20,000 nucleotides of DNA from an uncultured virus (IMG/VR IMGVR_UViG_3300021598_001639) (IMGVR_UViG_3300021598_001639), one strand, 5' to 3'; positions 8,166 to 16,885 are shown, numbered from the stretch's first letter. The notes: generated by a model not told the origin, from the letters alone. Program-made: numbers and translations.

Positions 8166-8795
8166 TCATTCAGCTAAAGCATTAATTATGGAGCCATAAT
8201 TATCCTCAATGAAAGACAGCAAATTTAAATCATTATCTAGGGTATCGTCATCCACGTCATTTGGTGAATTTTTATCCCATTCCCAAGCGTAAAGGATAGC
8301 ATTGTGAAGAATAAATTTGGAAAGCAGAGGTAAACGAGAAAGACGAAAAGCTTGAATATAATCAAAGTATTGCTGTTCACGAATAAGCATAAAACTTAAA
8401 AACCAAGCATGATAATTATGGCTTAGGTATTCGAGACAAGATTCAGGAGAATCGAAAAGATGTTCAAAAGGGTATTTTTTTCCTTGTTCTTCAGGGGGCA
8501 AAAATTCATACCAATCTTGAATGGACTCTAGAGGGTAACATTTGTTACGCCAAACAAAATACTCGTCTATTAAAGAAGGAAAAAGGTCTTTAACAGCTTC
8601 AAGAGTGTAAAGGTTTAGAGTCATTTTGTACTTTAAAGGAACTTTAGAAACCTGTAAGGTTTTCAAATAGGTAGAAAATTGTCTATTAGAGATAAGCGTA
8701 ACTAAAGAACTAACGGTTTCAGCTTCTGTATGGTTCATAGGGGAGGACTCCAAATTGATTAGTTTAATCATAGCACGGTTGACGGAAATGGTCAA
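8166..8795 (-). CDS. hypothetical protein
   Basis: 209-aa ORF with an acidic C-terminus. The true start may be the internal ATG (MIKLINL). Confidence 0.6.
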   Translation of the reverse strand: MTISVNRAMIKLINLESSPMNHTEAETVSSLVTLISNRQFSTYLKTLQVSKVPLKYKMTLNLYTLEAVKDLFPSLIDEYFVWRNKCYPLESIQDWYEFLPPEEQGKKYPFEHLFDSPESCLEYLSHNYHAWFLSFMLIREQQYFDYIQAFRLSRLPLLSKFILHNAILYAWEWDKNSPNDVDDDTLDNDLNLLSFIEDNYGSIINALAE

Positions 8796-8826
8796 GAAAA
8801 ACCCACCTATATTACGGGTGGGTTTT
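8793..8826 (-). terminator. rho-independent terminator after the helicase gene
   Basis: AAAACCCACC-N9-GGTGGGTTTT stem running into TTTTTCTT on the minus strand, just after the helicase stop at 8832. Confidence 0.7.
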
Positions 8827-8831
8827 AAAAA

Positions 8832-10291
8832 TTATTCTTTGATGAAAACTTTTTGTTTAGCTCGTGTGAGAGCTACATAAAGCAATTTTTTCCAATTAGG
8901 GGCGTTATATACATCAAGACCATCGATAAAGACAACATCAAAACCAGACCCTTGACTTTTATAGACAGTCAAAGCATAATTATATGCCCAATGATACGTC
9001 AAAAAGCTTAAGTTTTGCCATTCTTTATAGGCAGAATATAGAGCTTTACAATTGGATTGTAGCTTAGAACTGACAGAATAAAGAGCGTCAGGGTAGGCTC
9101 GTTCAAGATAAGTTAAAGCTTCTTGAGCAATTGCCAAAATAGAGGGGTCTGGAACTATAGGAATTACGCCAGAGATTAAACCATCGATACAATAAAGAAT
9201 GGCTGTTAAATCCTTCAATTCTTCTTGCAAAGTTATAGAACGATTCATGACCTGAATCATTTTATCGTTATTGCGAGGGTCAATAAAAGAAACCGTCCAT
9301 TGTAAATCTCTGTCTAAAGATTTAACAGTAGTATCCCAAACATCAACAGTAAAGTTGGACATTTTGTGAAAATTAAGAGTAAATTCCACTAACTCTTCAG
9401 CGTCAAAAATGTCGATTTCTTTCTCTTTAAAGGGGTCACAAAGTTTGCAAGTTGAAAAATGGGAACTAAGGATGGACACGATTTCACCATTAACAAAATT
9501 GGCAACTTTATTAGCACGGTTAACATATTTAAAGTAGTTATTACGGCGTAAACTGATAAGTTGTTCGCCTTCAGCAAAGGGTTTATTAGCGATACCTTTT
9601 ATTGAACGAATAAGTTCGTTATATTGACAAACTTTATCGTTTTTATGAGCTAATATTTTGAACTCAATATTTTCTGAAGCTACAGTATTTTTTAGCTTTT
9701 CATACCATTCATTAGCAGAAATAAGTTCAACATTGTGCAAATCAGGGTCTAAACATTACTAGCTTTTTGACCGGGTGGGGGTAGTTGACAAGAATCACCA
9801 ACCCAAAGAATTTTAGCTTTGATTTGGGACGCTTTTTCCCTTAAACGACACTCCATATCCTTAGAAAGAATAGAAACTTCATCAACGATAATCAACTGGT
9901 ATTGGCTAGTGACAAATTTAGAGTTACCGGTATCTAAAGTAGATTTTTCAGAGTCTCTGGTAACTCGGACACCTTTCATTTTGTACTGCCCACCTTTTTC
10001 TTGAATTACAAGTCCTAAAATGGCATGAATAGTATAAACATCTGCGTTAAATGTCAACTTTTCTTTAAGGACAGAAGCCGCTTTATTGGTAGGACATAAA
10101 ATAGCAATTTTTAGGTTAGGGTGTGACTGTATCCAATGAGCAATTAAAGTGGTTTTACCAGTACCAGCCCCCCCAGAAATTAAATGTTCCCCCTTTTTTG
10201 AACCCCACCAACGTTCTAAATCTTCGAGAGCTAACCTTTGGTCTTCTGTTAATTGAAGGGGTGTGGTTTCGATAGCTACAGACGATGACAT
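8832..10291 (-). pseudogene. Dda/RecD2-like SF1B DNA helicase split into two ORFs (9749-10291 and 8832-9740) by a frameshift
   Basis: ORF1 has Walker A GGAGTGKTT, Walker B IIVDEVS and motif III GDSCQLPP. ORF2 has YALTVYKSQGS and LYVALTRAK. The frames differ by 1 nt at AATGTTTAGAC. Confidence 0.82.
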
Positions 10292-10341
10292 AGCGACAAA
10301 CTCCTTGTTGAATGTTAAAAAGCGAATTTTGATTGAAACTC

Positions 10342-10489
10342 GGTTGTGGTTTCGATATTGACATACTCACCGTCCTTAAAGAGTGGTGATTCTTGACGCT
10401 TCACCGACTGACGCTACCGAGGTAGTCTTACTCTGTCTCTGCGCCCGTTTAGAGTCTCCCAATGCCCTATGGCGACTTTCTTGTTTGGA
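10342..10489 (-). ncRNA. orphan IS200/IS605 right end / TnpB omegaRNA (reRNA) scaffold at about 10358-10489, with 3' guide segment 10357-10342
   Basis: Minus strand reads ...GAAGCGTCAAGAATCACC-ACTCTTTAAGGAC-GGTGAGTATGTCAA, a subterminal hairpin ending in TCAA as in IS605-family right ends. The 5' part encodes a TnpB-like tail (KKVAIGHWETLNGRR). No tnpB or tnpA gene is present. Confidence 0.72.
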
Positions 10490-10975
10490 TTATACCCAAT
10501 CTTTTTCGTTCCATATTTGTTTGTCAATAAAATCTGAGATAGACTTTACTATTTCGTCTGTTTTGTCAAGAATAAAATCAATCTCATCTTGCTTGTCGGA
10601 AATTTCAGATTCATCCCAAACAAGTGCCTCATCATAGCTTAATCCTATATATCTATATATTTCTTTTATTTCTCCGGTTCTTAGATCAAATATTCTACTA
10701 CTTACTTTAACTACTGGTAAATCATCAAAATCTCGGTAATAGCACATAACCTTAATATGCGCTATGGTCTGACTATCTAAAAGAACCTTAGCATTACCCA
10801 TTAGGTAAATTGTAGTCGCTGATGTTATTTTCCATTCTGACCAAAGAAGATATTTGAATAACCAATTATCCCAAAAAGACCATGTATTATACTCTTTGTA
10901 GCAAAAAGCCGCAATCTTTTTGAGTATATCTATTCTTCGTGGCTTATTAAAAAACTTTTCTGTTGTTGTGTTCAT
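10490..10975 (-). CDS. hypothetical protein, paralog family member 3 (more divergent)
   Basis: Shares KI..FC...Y..W and I..FI...I with the two upstream ORFs. ATGA start/stop overlap. Confidence 0.7.
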   Translation of the reverse strand: MNTTTEKFFNKPRRIDILKKIAAFCYKEYNTWSFWDNWLFKYLLWSEWKITSATTIYLMGNAKVLLDSQTIAHIKVMCYYRDFDDLPVVKVSSRIFDLRTGEIKEIYRYIGLSYDEALVWDESEISDKQDEIDFILDKTDEIVKSISDFIDKQIWNEKDWV

Positions 10976-11397
10976 AGCGTCACCTCGGTTTGTATTTCAG
11001 TTTCGATAAATGAAAGGATATTAATCAAGATTTGTGTTCCTTTTTCACACCATAAGTTTAGTTCTTTATGTTTAGCAGTCCCACTTTTCTTGAACAAGAT
11101 TTTACTGTTTTTTCTATCATTTATCCATATAAGAAAACTTCCTTCCCAATCTAGATTAGAGATAGTAGACCGACCTTCTATATAATTTCTAAAATCACTA
11201 GGTGAACCGTTACTACTATAAGAGTTGTTGCTATTGACCCTTATATCTATTTGTATTCCATTTATAGAATTAAGAATAGAGCGATACCCGTAAATGATGT
11301 TTTCAGTTCTACTTAAAGACGTAAATGACCACTTTAGCTCTGGGTAAGTTTTTTGGCAGAAATTAAATATTTTTTGGGTTGTTTCTGTAGTGTTCAT
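10972..11397 (-). CDS. hypothetical protein, paralog family member 2
   Basis: MNTTETTQKIFNFCQKTYPELKW...WEGSFLIW...FIETEIQTEVTL. Confidence 0.75.
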   Translation of the reverse strand: MNTTETTQKIFNFCQKTYPELKWSFTSLSRTENIIYGYRSILNSINGIQIDIRVNSNNSYSSNGSPSDFRNYIEGRSTISNLDWEGSFLIWINDRKNSKILFKKSGTAKHKELNLWCEKGTQILINILSFIETEIQTEVTL

Positions 11398-11774
11398 AAT
11401 GTCATCTCGGTTTGTATTTGAGTTTCGATAAACTCAAAAATACTTGACAGCATATCTTTGGGTTTTATAAATAAATCTGTTGACGTATCAAAATCTTTTT
11501 TTGATTTAAAAGAGAATTGAGATTCTTTTCTATCTAGCCAAATTTTGAAAGAACCAGACCATCGCTCTGAACTAGAGATAAACGTGCTTACTTCTCCTAA
11601 CACAACAGAACTTCTTAATAAAGTACCAATAGTCTCTATACTGACATCAATCTCTGTTATTTTACCCCAAATATGAAAAGTTGAATTTGTGTAATTTGTT
11701 TGTTCCCAATTTATTTCTGGGTAACGGTCTTTACAGAAATCTAATATTTTTTGGGATGTTTGCCATGTGTCCAT
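11394..11774 (-). CDS. hypothetical protein, paralog family member 1
   Basis: MDTWQTSQKILDFCKDRYPEINW...WSGSFKIW...FIETQIQTEMTL. AGGAG Shine-Dalgarno upstream. Confidence 0.75.
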   Translation of the reverse strand: MDTWQTSQKILDFCKDRYPEINWEQTNYTNSTFHIWGKITEIDVSIETIGTLLRSSVVLGEVSTFISSSERWSGSFKIWLDRKESQFSFKSKKDFDTSTDLFIKPKDMLSSIFEFIETQIQTEMTL

Positions 11775-11828
11775 TTGTTACTCCTATTTACTCTTGGATT
11801 TCACCAGACCAGATTGGTTCGTAAATTA

Positions 11829-11857
11829 ATTATATATTGGTTTGAGTAAAATGTCAA
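11829..11857 (-). promoter_or_regulatory. consensus sigma70 promoter
   Basis: Perfect TTGACA-N17-TATAAT, about 55 nt upstream of ATG 11774. Confidence 0.85.
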
Positions 11858-11922
11858 GAGGCATAATATCTTGGTACATAGTTTTAGGGCTGAGGGGGAT
11901 AGTTAAAGGCGAAATATTAGTG
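11833..11922. repeat. 90-bp direct repeat, copy A
   Basis: 80/90 identical and ungapped against 16796-16885 by manual alignment. Confidence 0.9.
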
Positions 11923-12096
11923 AAACTCAGTTTAGGAAACGAATGAACGCAGATAGAATTACACTAAGACAGACTACAGACACAGCAATTCCAGAATCAA
12001 AATTTTCAGGGGTTGAGAAAAATCTTTTAGACTTTAACCCTAGTATAAAACTACCGTAAATGTTAATGAATGTTAACAAATGCGGGTCTAAGTCAA

Positions 12097-12394
12097 TTAG
12101 GTAGTGTCATTCCAGTCAAAAGCATTTTCCACTACATTTAAATCCTTATCGTACTCACGATTAAAGGCGTAATCGTCGTAGGGATGCCACTGAGCCAGTT
12201 CTTTAAGGCTTTCGTCTAAAACTATCGATTGTATCTAGAAAAGAGCATGAGTATTTTTTCCAAAATCCAAAGTTTTGATCTCTCATAAAACTTAATGCTT
12301 GTTTAAAATCTTTTTCTTTAGTTTCATGCTTCGAGATAAATTCATTGTTCCAAAAAAACTGAATTGTCATGATTTCTCCTGTTGTTTTGTCCAT
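12097..12394 (-). pseudogene. small hypothetical gene, apparently frameshifted
   Basis: ORF 12203-12394 overlaps a start-less open frame (IVLDESLKELAQWHPYDDYAFNREYDKDLNVVENAFDWNDTT*) ending at 12097. Confidence 0.4.
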
Positions 12395-12969
12395 ACTTTA
12401 ATCTAATCACCTCGCCCTATATCGTGGTTAATTAAATGTGACATTATCTCAACTGTCACACCTCCTGAAAATAGATACGATAACCCTCAGTCTGTTTGCT
12501 TACCCCGTAATCCATCCACCGCCCCAGCAATCGGCTGAAACTGAAGCACCCCGAACCGTGTCACCGGCGCATTAGGGACGTGCCTATCAACGCACTCCAC
12601 CAACTTATACTTAAATAGAGCCAGTCTTTACAAAAGAAAAAACGGGCAAATAATAATGGCTTTTCGGATGACACCAATCTAACCCAAAAAGGCGATCGAT
12701 ATGCTGACCTCTATCGGCTACAAGGGAATAAGTTCATCAGAGAAGGCGAGAAAAAAGGAGCCTACTATCCAGTGATTAACCCAAACAGTAGCGACAATGC
12801 TCCCATCTGCTTTATCGGCTATTACGATTAATCCCCCAACCCTGAATAGTTTTGTCTTTCTAACCTGGTTATCTCTTTAAGTAGCTCGTTTCTTTCCTCA
12901 ATAAGTTTTTGGTTTTCGCTTAAAGCCTATCTATTTCAGCTTTTAACTTTTCCTTTTCTTTAAAATTAT

Positions 12970-13167
12970 TCATTGTATGTAACCTCCATTAATTTTTACA
13001 CTTGGATTTGATTCTTGGTAACTGCCATTACTTTTGATAAAAGGTAAAGCAAGTTTATAAACATTATCAATTTTAATATAGCTTTCAATAATTTGAAGCG
13101 TTATGTCCACAATAGGAATTTGCCCAATTTCTATTGTTGCCTTATCAAATAAGCGCCGTGAAGCCAT
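12970..13167 (-). CDS. small tail-cassette protein
   Basis: Likely start MASRRLFD at 13167, 5 nt after the upstream stop. 65 aa. Confidence 0.55.
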   Translation of the reverse strand: MASRRLFDKATIEIGQIPIVDITLQIIESYIKIDNVYKLALPFIKSNGSYQESNPSVKINGGYIQ

Positions 13168-13171
13168 ACGA

Positions 13172-13975
13172 TTACTGCCCGAAAAAAAGAGAACCTGAAA
13201 GAGTTTGAGTAGATGTCGATGGAAATAAAAAACCAGACAAACAAGCGACTGGGAAGATTTTGCAAAGGCTTCCAATAAATCCCCCCGTACTTACAGAATC
13301 AACTGGCTGGTTAGACACAGACATCATAGCCAAAGGCTTGAATAGGATCACCCCAAAATTACCAGCCGTGCCAGTGCTGGCTGATAAAGTTACTGACTTT
13401 ACAGCACGCACACCAGTATCCCCAGCGGCAAGAGGTATCAAATGTGTTCTACCTGAGTTTCGTTCACTGGTGGAACTAGAAGGAGGAAAAGAATACAAAG
13501 AGCTAATTTTCTCCGATACCCCATCTTGATTGGTATAATTAATTGAGGCAGTAACAATTGTGCCTCCTATAGCTGTCCAAATAATTAAGCCAGCAAATAC
13601 CCCTTGACCATTTGTATATCTTGTTAAAGGTGCTGTTGGCAAGTTGATAGTTTGTTCTGTGGTGACAATCCCACTTAGCCCGCCAGAGATATTAAGCAAA
13701 TCTGCCACGATCAAAGTGCCTGCTCCATTATAATCAAATTGGCCTCCCAGCAGGAGGGTATCACTTGTGCTCAATGAATTTAATTGATTATTTATTGCAT
13801 ACGGACTGGTATTGTCCAAGTTAATACTTAAAGATGGAATAGAAGGCACAGTAGGAAAAAATCTGGAGATCAACGACGCTTTAGCAATAGATGCCGACGA
13901 TACATAACTTTGAAAATTTTCTGCATTTTGCAAAGATATTTGGCTAAGATAATCTTGATAATTATTAATAGGCAT
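13172..13975 (-). CDS. putative virion/tail-associated beta-rich protein, paralog of 13978-14817
   Basis: Start MPINNYQD at 13975, 3 nt after the upstream stop. Shares LTR.T.G.G, YTNQ.GV, IPLA.GDTG.R and LSASTGTAGNFG with its neighbour. Confidence 0.7.
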   Translation of the reverse strand: MPINNYQDYLSQISLQNAENFQSYVSSASIAKASLISRFFPTVPSIPSLSINLDNTSPYAINNQLNSLSTSDTLLLGGQFDYNGAGTLIVADLLNISGGLSGIVTTEQTINLPTAPLTRYTNGQGVFAGLIIWTAIGGTIVTASINYTNQDGVSEKISSLYSFPPSSSTSERNSGRTHLIPLAAGDTGVRAVKSVTLSASTGTAGNFGVILFKPLAMMSVSNQPVDSVSTGGFIGSLCKIFPVACLSGFLFPSTSTQTLSGSLFFGQ

Positions 13976-13977
13976 TT

Positions 13978-14817
13978 TTACTTCTCCACAAAAGCTAAAC
14001 ATCCAAAAATATCGGGAGCAGTTGTCCCTCCTGCCCGGAAAATATACGAGAGACAGGCATTCGGGTGGATCGAAGGAATACCAGGTAATCCTGTTGTGTA
14101 ATCTCGCCAACCCATTAGGGATGGCGAAGGTATAGACTGCCAAGATATCGGCTGAACAAGAGTAATTCCAAAATTACCAGCCGTGCCAGTGCTGGCTGAT
14201 AAAGCAACTTTTTCAATTACTCTGATTCCCGTATCTCCGAGAGCCAAAGGTATTCTTTGCATTCTCGTCGCTTCTCTAAATCCAGTTCCTCCTATGTTTA
14301 TAGTCGAAACTCTTCCTGGTACACCCTCTTGATTTGTGTAAGTCATTGTCAAAGTGGTACTGGTTGTTCCGATCTGACTGTATATTTCGTAAAAAGCAAT
14401 ATTTCCAATGCCCTCCGTATTTCGGGTAAGAGCGGTAGAACCTTGTATCGGCTGATCCGTAGTTATTGCAGCATTTAATCCTCCAATCTGAAATAAGCGA
14501 TCATAAACTACGTAGGTTCCAGCGACAGTAGAAGTGATCCCAGCACTAATTAACAATTTTTCCTGCGAGGCTACAGGAGCAGTAAAAGGCATTGCTCCTA
14601 TCGTCGAACGGCTTGGAATTTCGGCAATTGTAGGAACAGCCCCACCACTCGGAATTCCCTCGTATTGCCATAAAGACTGATCCCTCCCAGTGATTGGTGA
14701 TGTGGCACTGGCTACCCCGATTCGAGGAACTTTATGGAAAAAGAGGTTATCTGGATTTCCGTTGTTACCTCCAGATTGCCTGTTAATTAAATCAGATAAT
14801 CCACTTAAAGCGGCCAT
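13978..14817 (-). CDS. putative virion/tail-associated beta-rich protein
   Basis: 279 aa, Gly/Thr/Ser-rich, in the tail-fibre-like cassette, with a tandem paralog downstream. Confidence 0.7.
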   Translation of the reverse strand: MAALSGLSDLINRQSGGNNGNPDNLFFHKVPRIGVASATSPITGRDQSLWQYEGIPSGGAVPTIAEIPSRSTIGAMPFTAPVASQEKLLISAGITSTVAGTYVVYDRLFQIGGLNAAITTDQPIQGSTALTRNTEGIGNIAFYEIYSQIGTTSTTLTMTYTNQEGVPGRVSTINIGGTGFREATRMQRIPLALGDTGIRVIEKVALSASTGTAGNFGITLVQPISWQSIPSPSLMGWRDYTTGLPGIPSIHPNACLSYIFRAGGTTAPDIFGCLAFVEK

Positions 14818-15020
14818 AAGTTTCTTTCGGTTATGAATTGGTTAACTTCAACTAAAAAAGTTGATAAATTCAAAAAATTAACTGGACTAGCTACGATTAG
14901 CCTCGAATCTGGTAAAAATTGAGGCAAAATTTCAACACCTTCATTTATATACCATTTGCAATGCCAGTCGCCTGCTTCAGATTCAAAAGTGTAAGATTCA
15001 ACAGTTTCTATGACTCTCAT
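14805..15020 (-). CDS. small hypothetical protein
   Basis: 71-aa ORF tightly packed in the cassette. Confidence 0.55.
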   Translation of the reverse strand: MRVIETVESYTFESEAGDWHCKWYINEGVEILPQFLPDSRLIVASPVNFLNLSTFLVEVNQFITERNLWPL

Positions 15021-15037
15021 GATTTTTCGGGATTAAG

Positions 15038-15226
15038 TTAACTAGAAATGCGAAAATAAATACTACCTTCTGGGTTTCCGTCGCTATTATTAGGAGCCTC
15101 AGTTCCGTAGGTAATAATTGTAATGGTTGGTTTCTCCGAAATATTAGCCCAAGTTAAATAACTTGATACCCATCGGGTTGTGACAACGCTATCTAAAGTG
15201 TTAATTGGGCCAAGATACTCTTTCAT
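15038..15226 (-). CDS. small tail-fibre-associated protein
   Basis: W..I..KP and GTEAP...G..GSIYF motifs typical of tail-fibre linker segments. Confidence 0.55.
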   Translation of the reverse strand: MKEYLGPINTLDSVVTTRWVSSYLTWANISEKPTITIITYGTEAPNNSDGNPEGSIYFRISS

Positions 15227-15234
15227 TATACTTA

Positions 15235-16044
15235 CTAAGCTAACAATTTGGCTACAAAACCATTGACAGGGGGAACTGCTGTAGAGGCAAAAGTTAGGCG
15301 AATCGAAGTGTTACTTAATCTTTCTGTGAATACGCCCACAGTATCTCTATTGCCGCTATTGCGGATCACTTCTACACTAGGATTAATATCAGTCAGTGTG
15401 TGGGTAATTACAAAAATCGTATTAGTGCCGTCTCCAAAAGGATTGGTAGTTACAGATCGCCGTCTGCCTGACCAACTGGCAAGGATAGAAGGAGTGACAT
15501 ATTTAGCCGTATCTGTCCCAGATTCTAATTCGGCTAAAGTAGCACGCTGTACCTTGCCTGCTGTGGTTTCACTTGCATCCGGTACTCCCGACCCGTGAAC
15601 TTGCCAGATAATCGCAGAAGTACCAATAGTCACAGATTGCGTGATTTGTCGATAAGTTACCCCGTCATCGTTATTCCCACTACCAGACGCAACAGTGACG
15701 ATTGCATTTCTTAGCTCGGACCCCGTACTAGCGTCAGCAGTGCGAGTAGCCGGAACAGAAGCTCCGTTCCAATTGTAAAGTCCATTTTCTGTGTTATCGC
15801 TTTGATTTGCGGCAATAAAGCGAGAATTAGCCAGGGTCATAGTTACCCCACCAATGATCGACCCGGGAGCATTTAAATTGATATTTGATGGGGCAGATGC
15901 AAAGACAGCATCTTTATAATCAAATCCTTCTAAGAGGGCATTTACAGTGCCAAAATTAACTAGATCATTAGGGTTTTCCGGAGCAACAGAAGCCTGGATT
16001 TTTCCCTTAAACTCAACATCAGACCAATATTCAATAATCTGCAT
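15235..16044 (-). CDS. phage tail/head fibre-like structural protein
   Basis: YKDAV...NINL...NQSDNTENGLY domain, DASETTAGKVQRAT tail-fibre repeat, and a C-terminal GDGTNT..VITHTL domain. Confidence 0.75.
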   Translation of the reverse strand: MQIIEYWSDVEFKGKIQASVAPENPNDLVNFGTVNALLEGFDYKDAVFASAPSNINLNAPGSIIGGVTMTLANSRFIAANQSDNTENGLYNWNGASVPATRTADASTGSELRNAIVTVASGSGNNDDGVTYRQITQSVTIGTSAIIWQVHGSGVPDASETTAGKVQRATLAELESGTDTAKYVTPSILASWSGRRRSVTTNPFGDGTNTIFVITHTLTDINPSVEVIRNSGNRDTVGVFTERLSNTSIRLTFASTAVPPVNGFVAKLLA

Positions 16045-16046
16045 AA

Positions 16047-16364
16047 TTACCTCGATAAGATTGCGTAGCCACTAAAAGGACTACTAAAAACAATTTGAGT
16101 AGTGGTTAAAGAAAGATTTTGTGTAAAAGCCTCTATTTTTACTCCTCCCGAACTAAAAACTTGAGTTTGTGGCTCAAAGTTTAAATTATGCACAATTATC
16201 CACGTTGCAGACGGAGTGTTTTGAGTGTGCTTATAAAAAACGCTACCATCTCCGGGTGGTCCGGGTGGGCCAGGTGGGCCTTGTATATAATTGTCCGGGT
16301 CTCTAGCCAGAACAAAAATCGCTGATTCTTCCTCTTGCAGGACTACTATCGTCGGCTGATTCAC
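16047..16364 (-). CDS. collagen-repeat virion protein
   Basis: QGPPGPPGPPG followed by HTQNTPSATWIIVHNLNFEP, a common phage fibre module. Confidence 0.7.
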   Translation of the reverse strand: MNQPTIVVLQEEESAIFVLARDPDNYIQGPPGPPGPPGDGSVFYKHTQNTPSATWIIVHNLNFEPQTQVFSSGGVKIEAFTQNLSLTTTQIVFSSPFSGYAILSR

Positions 16365-16780
16365 ATTAAAACCTCCGTTACTCGATCGCTCACCTCCACC
16401 AATCCCTCAAAAAGCGTAAAAATTCGCTCAAAATTTGTAGGATGCCGTATCTTAATATCGTACTCCCACAGATGTCGTCCGACCACAATCGCTTGACCAG
16501 CACTCGGTGACTTAGTTGGTGGCAAAGCTAAAGCAACCGAAGCTCGAAGGAATGGTACAATTCTCGTGCATTCCGTCTCCACCTCGTTAATCGGAATGAT
16601 GATCGGAATCATCGGCTCAAAATCAAAAGCTCCGTAAAGATCACCCCCTGCCTTTTTGCGAACCTCCCCAAAAATTAGCCAGCTAGTAAAATCGCCCTCG
16701 ATCGCAAAAGTGCGCCGCCGCCATTCACTGCCACGCTCTATCTTCAAATCACCAATTAAATCAAATCTAACCGGTCTCAT
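16361..16780 (-). CDS. putative baseplate/tail adaptor-like structural protein
   Basis: L.IERG...W...YDI.I.......LFEG.V.V...VT pattern seen in phage proteins upstream of fibre genes. GGAGG Shine-Dalgarno. Confidence 0.6.
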   Translation of the reverse strand: MRPVRFDLIGDLKIERGSEWRRRTFAIEGDFTSWLIFGEVRKKAGGDLYGAFDFEPMIPIIIPINEVETECTRIVPFLRASVALALPPTKSPSAGQAIVVGRHLWEYDIKIRHPTNFERIFTLFEGLVEVSDRVTEVLM

Positions 16781-16795
16781 GTCTTCCCTCCTTTC

Positions 16796-16885
16796 TATAT
16801 TGGTTTGAGCGAAATGTCAAGAGGCTTAATATCTTGGTACATATATTTAGGTCTGAAAGGAATAGTTAAGGGCGAAATATTAGTG
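16796..16885. repeat. 90-bp direct repeat, copy B
   Basis: 80/90 identical to 11833-11922. It retains TTGACA but the -10 position reads TAGAAA, and it includes the methyltransferase stop codon. Confidence 0.9.

Noticed and set aside
8791..8826. Hairpin resembling an IS200/IS605 end
   Set aside because: Its position right after the helicase stop and its U-tract fit a terminator. No other element sequence is nearby.
9772..9790. GTCAACTACCCC, resembling the 5' end of IscB omegaRNAs
   Set aside because: It is the coding sequence of helicase motif III (CQLPP), and no scaffold or RRXRR ORF follows.
13976..14143. N-terminal extension of the 323-aa ORF
   Set aside because: It overlaps the upstream paralog by about 165 nt. 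The ATG at 13975 gives normal operon spacing.
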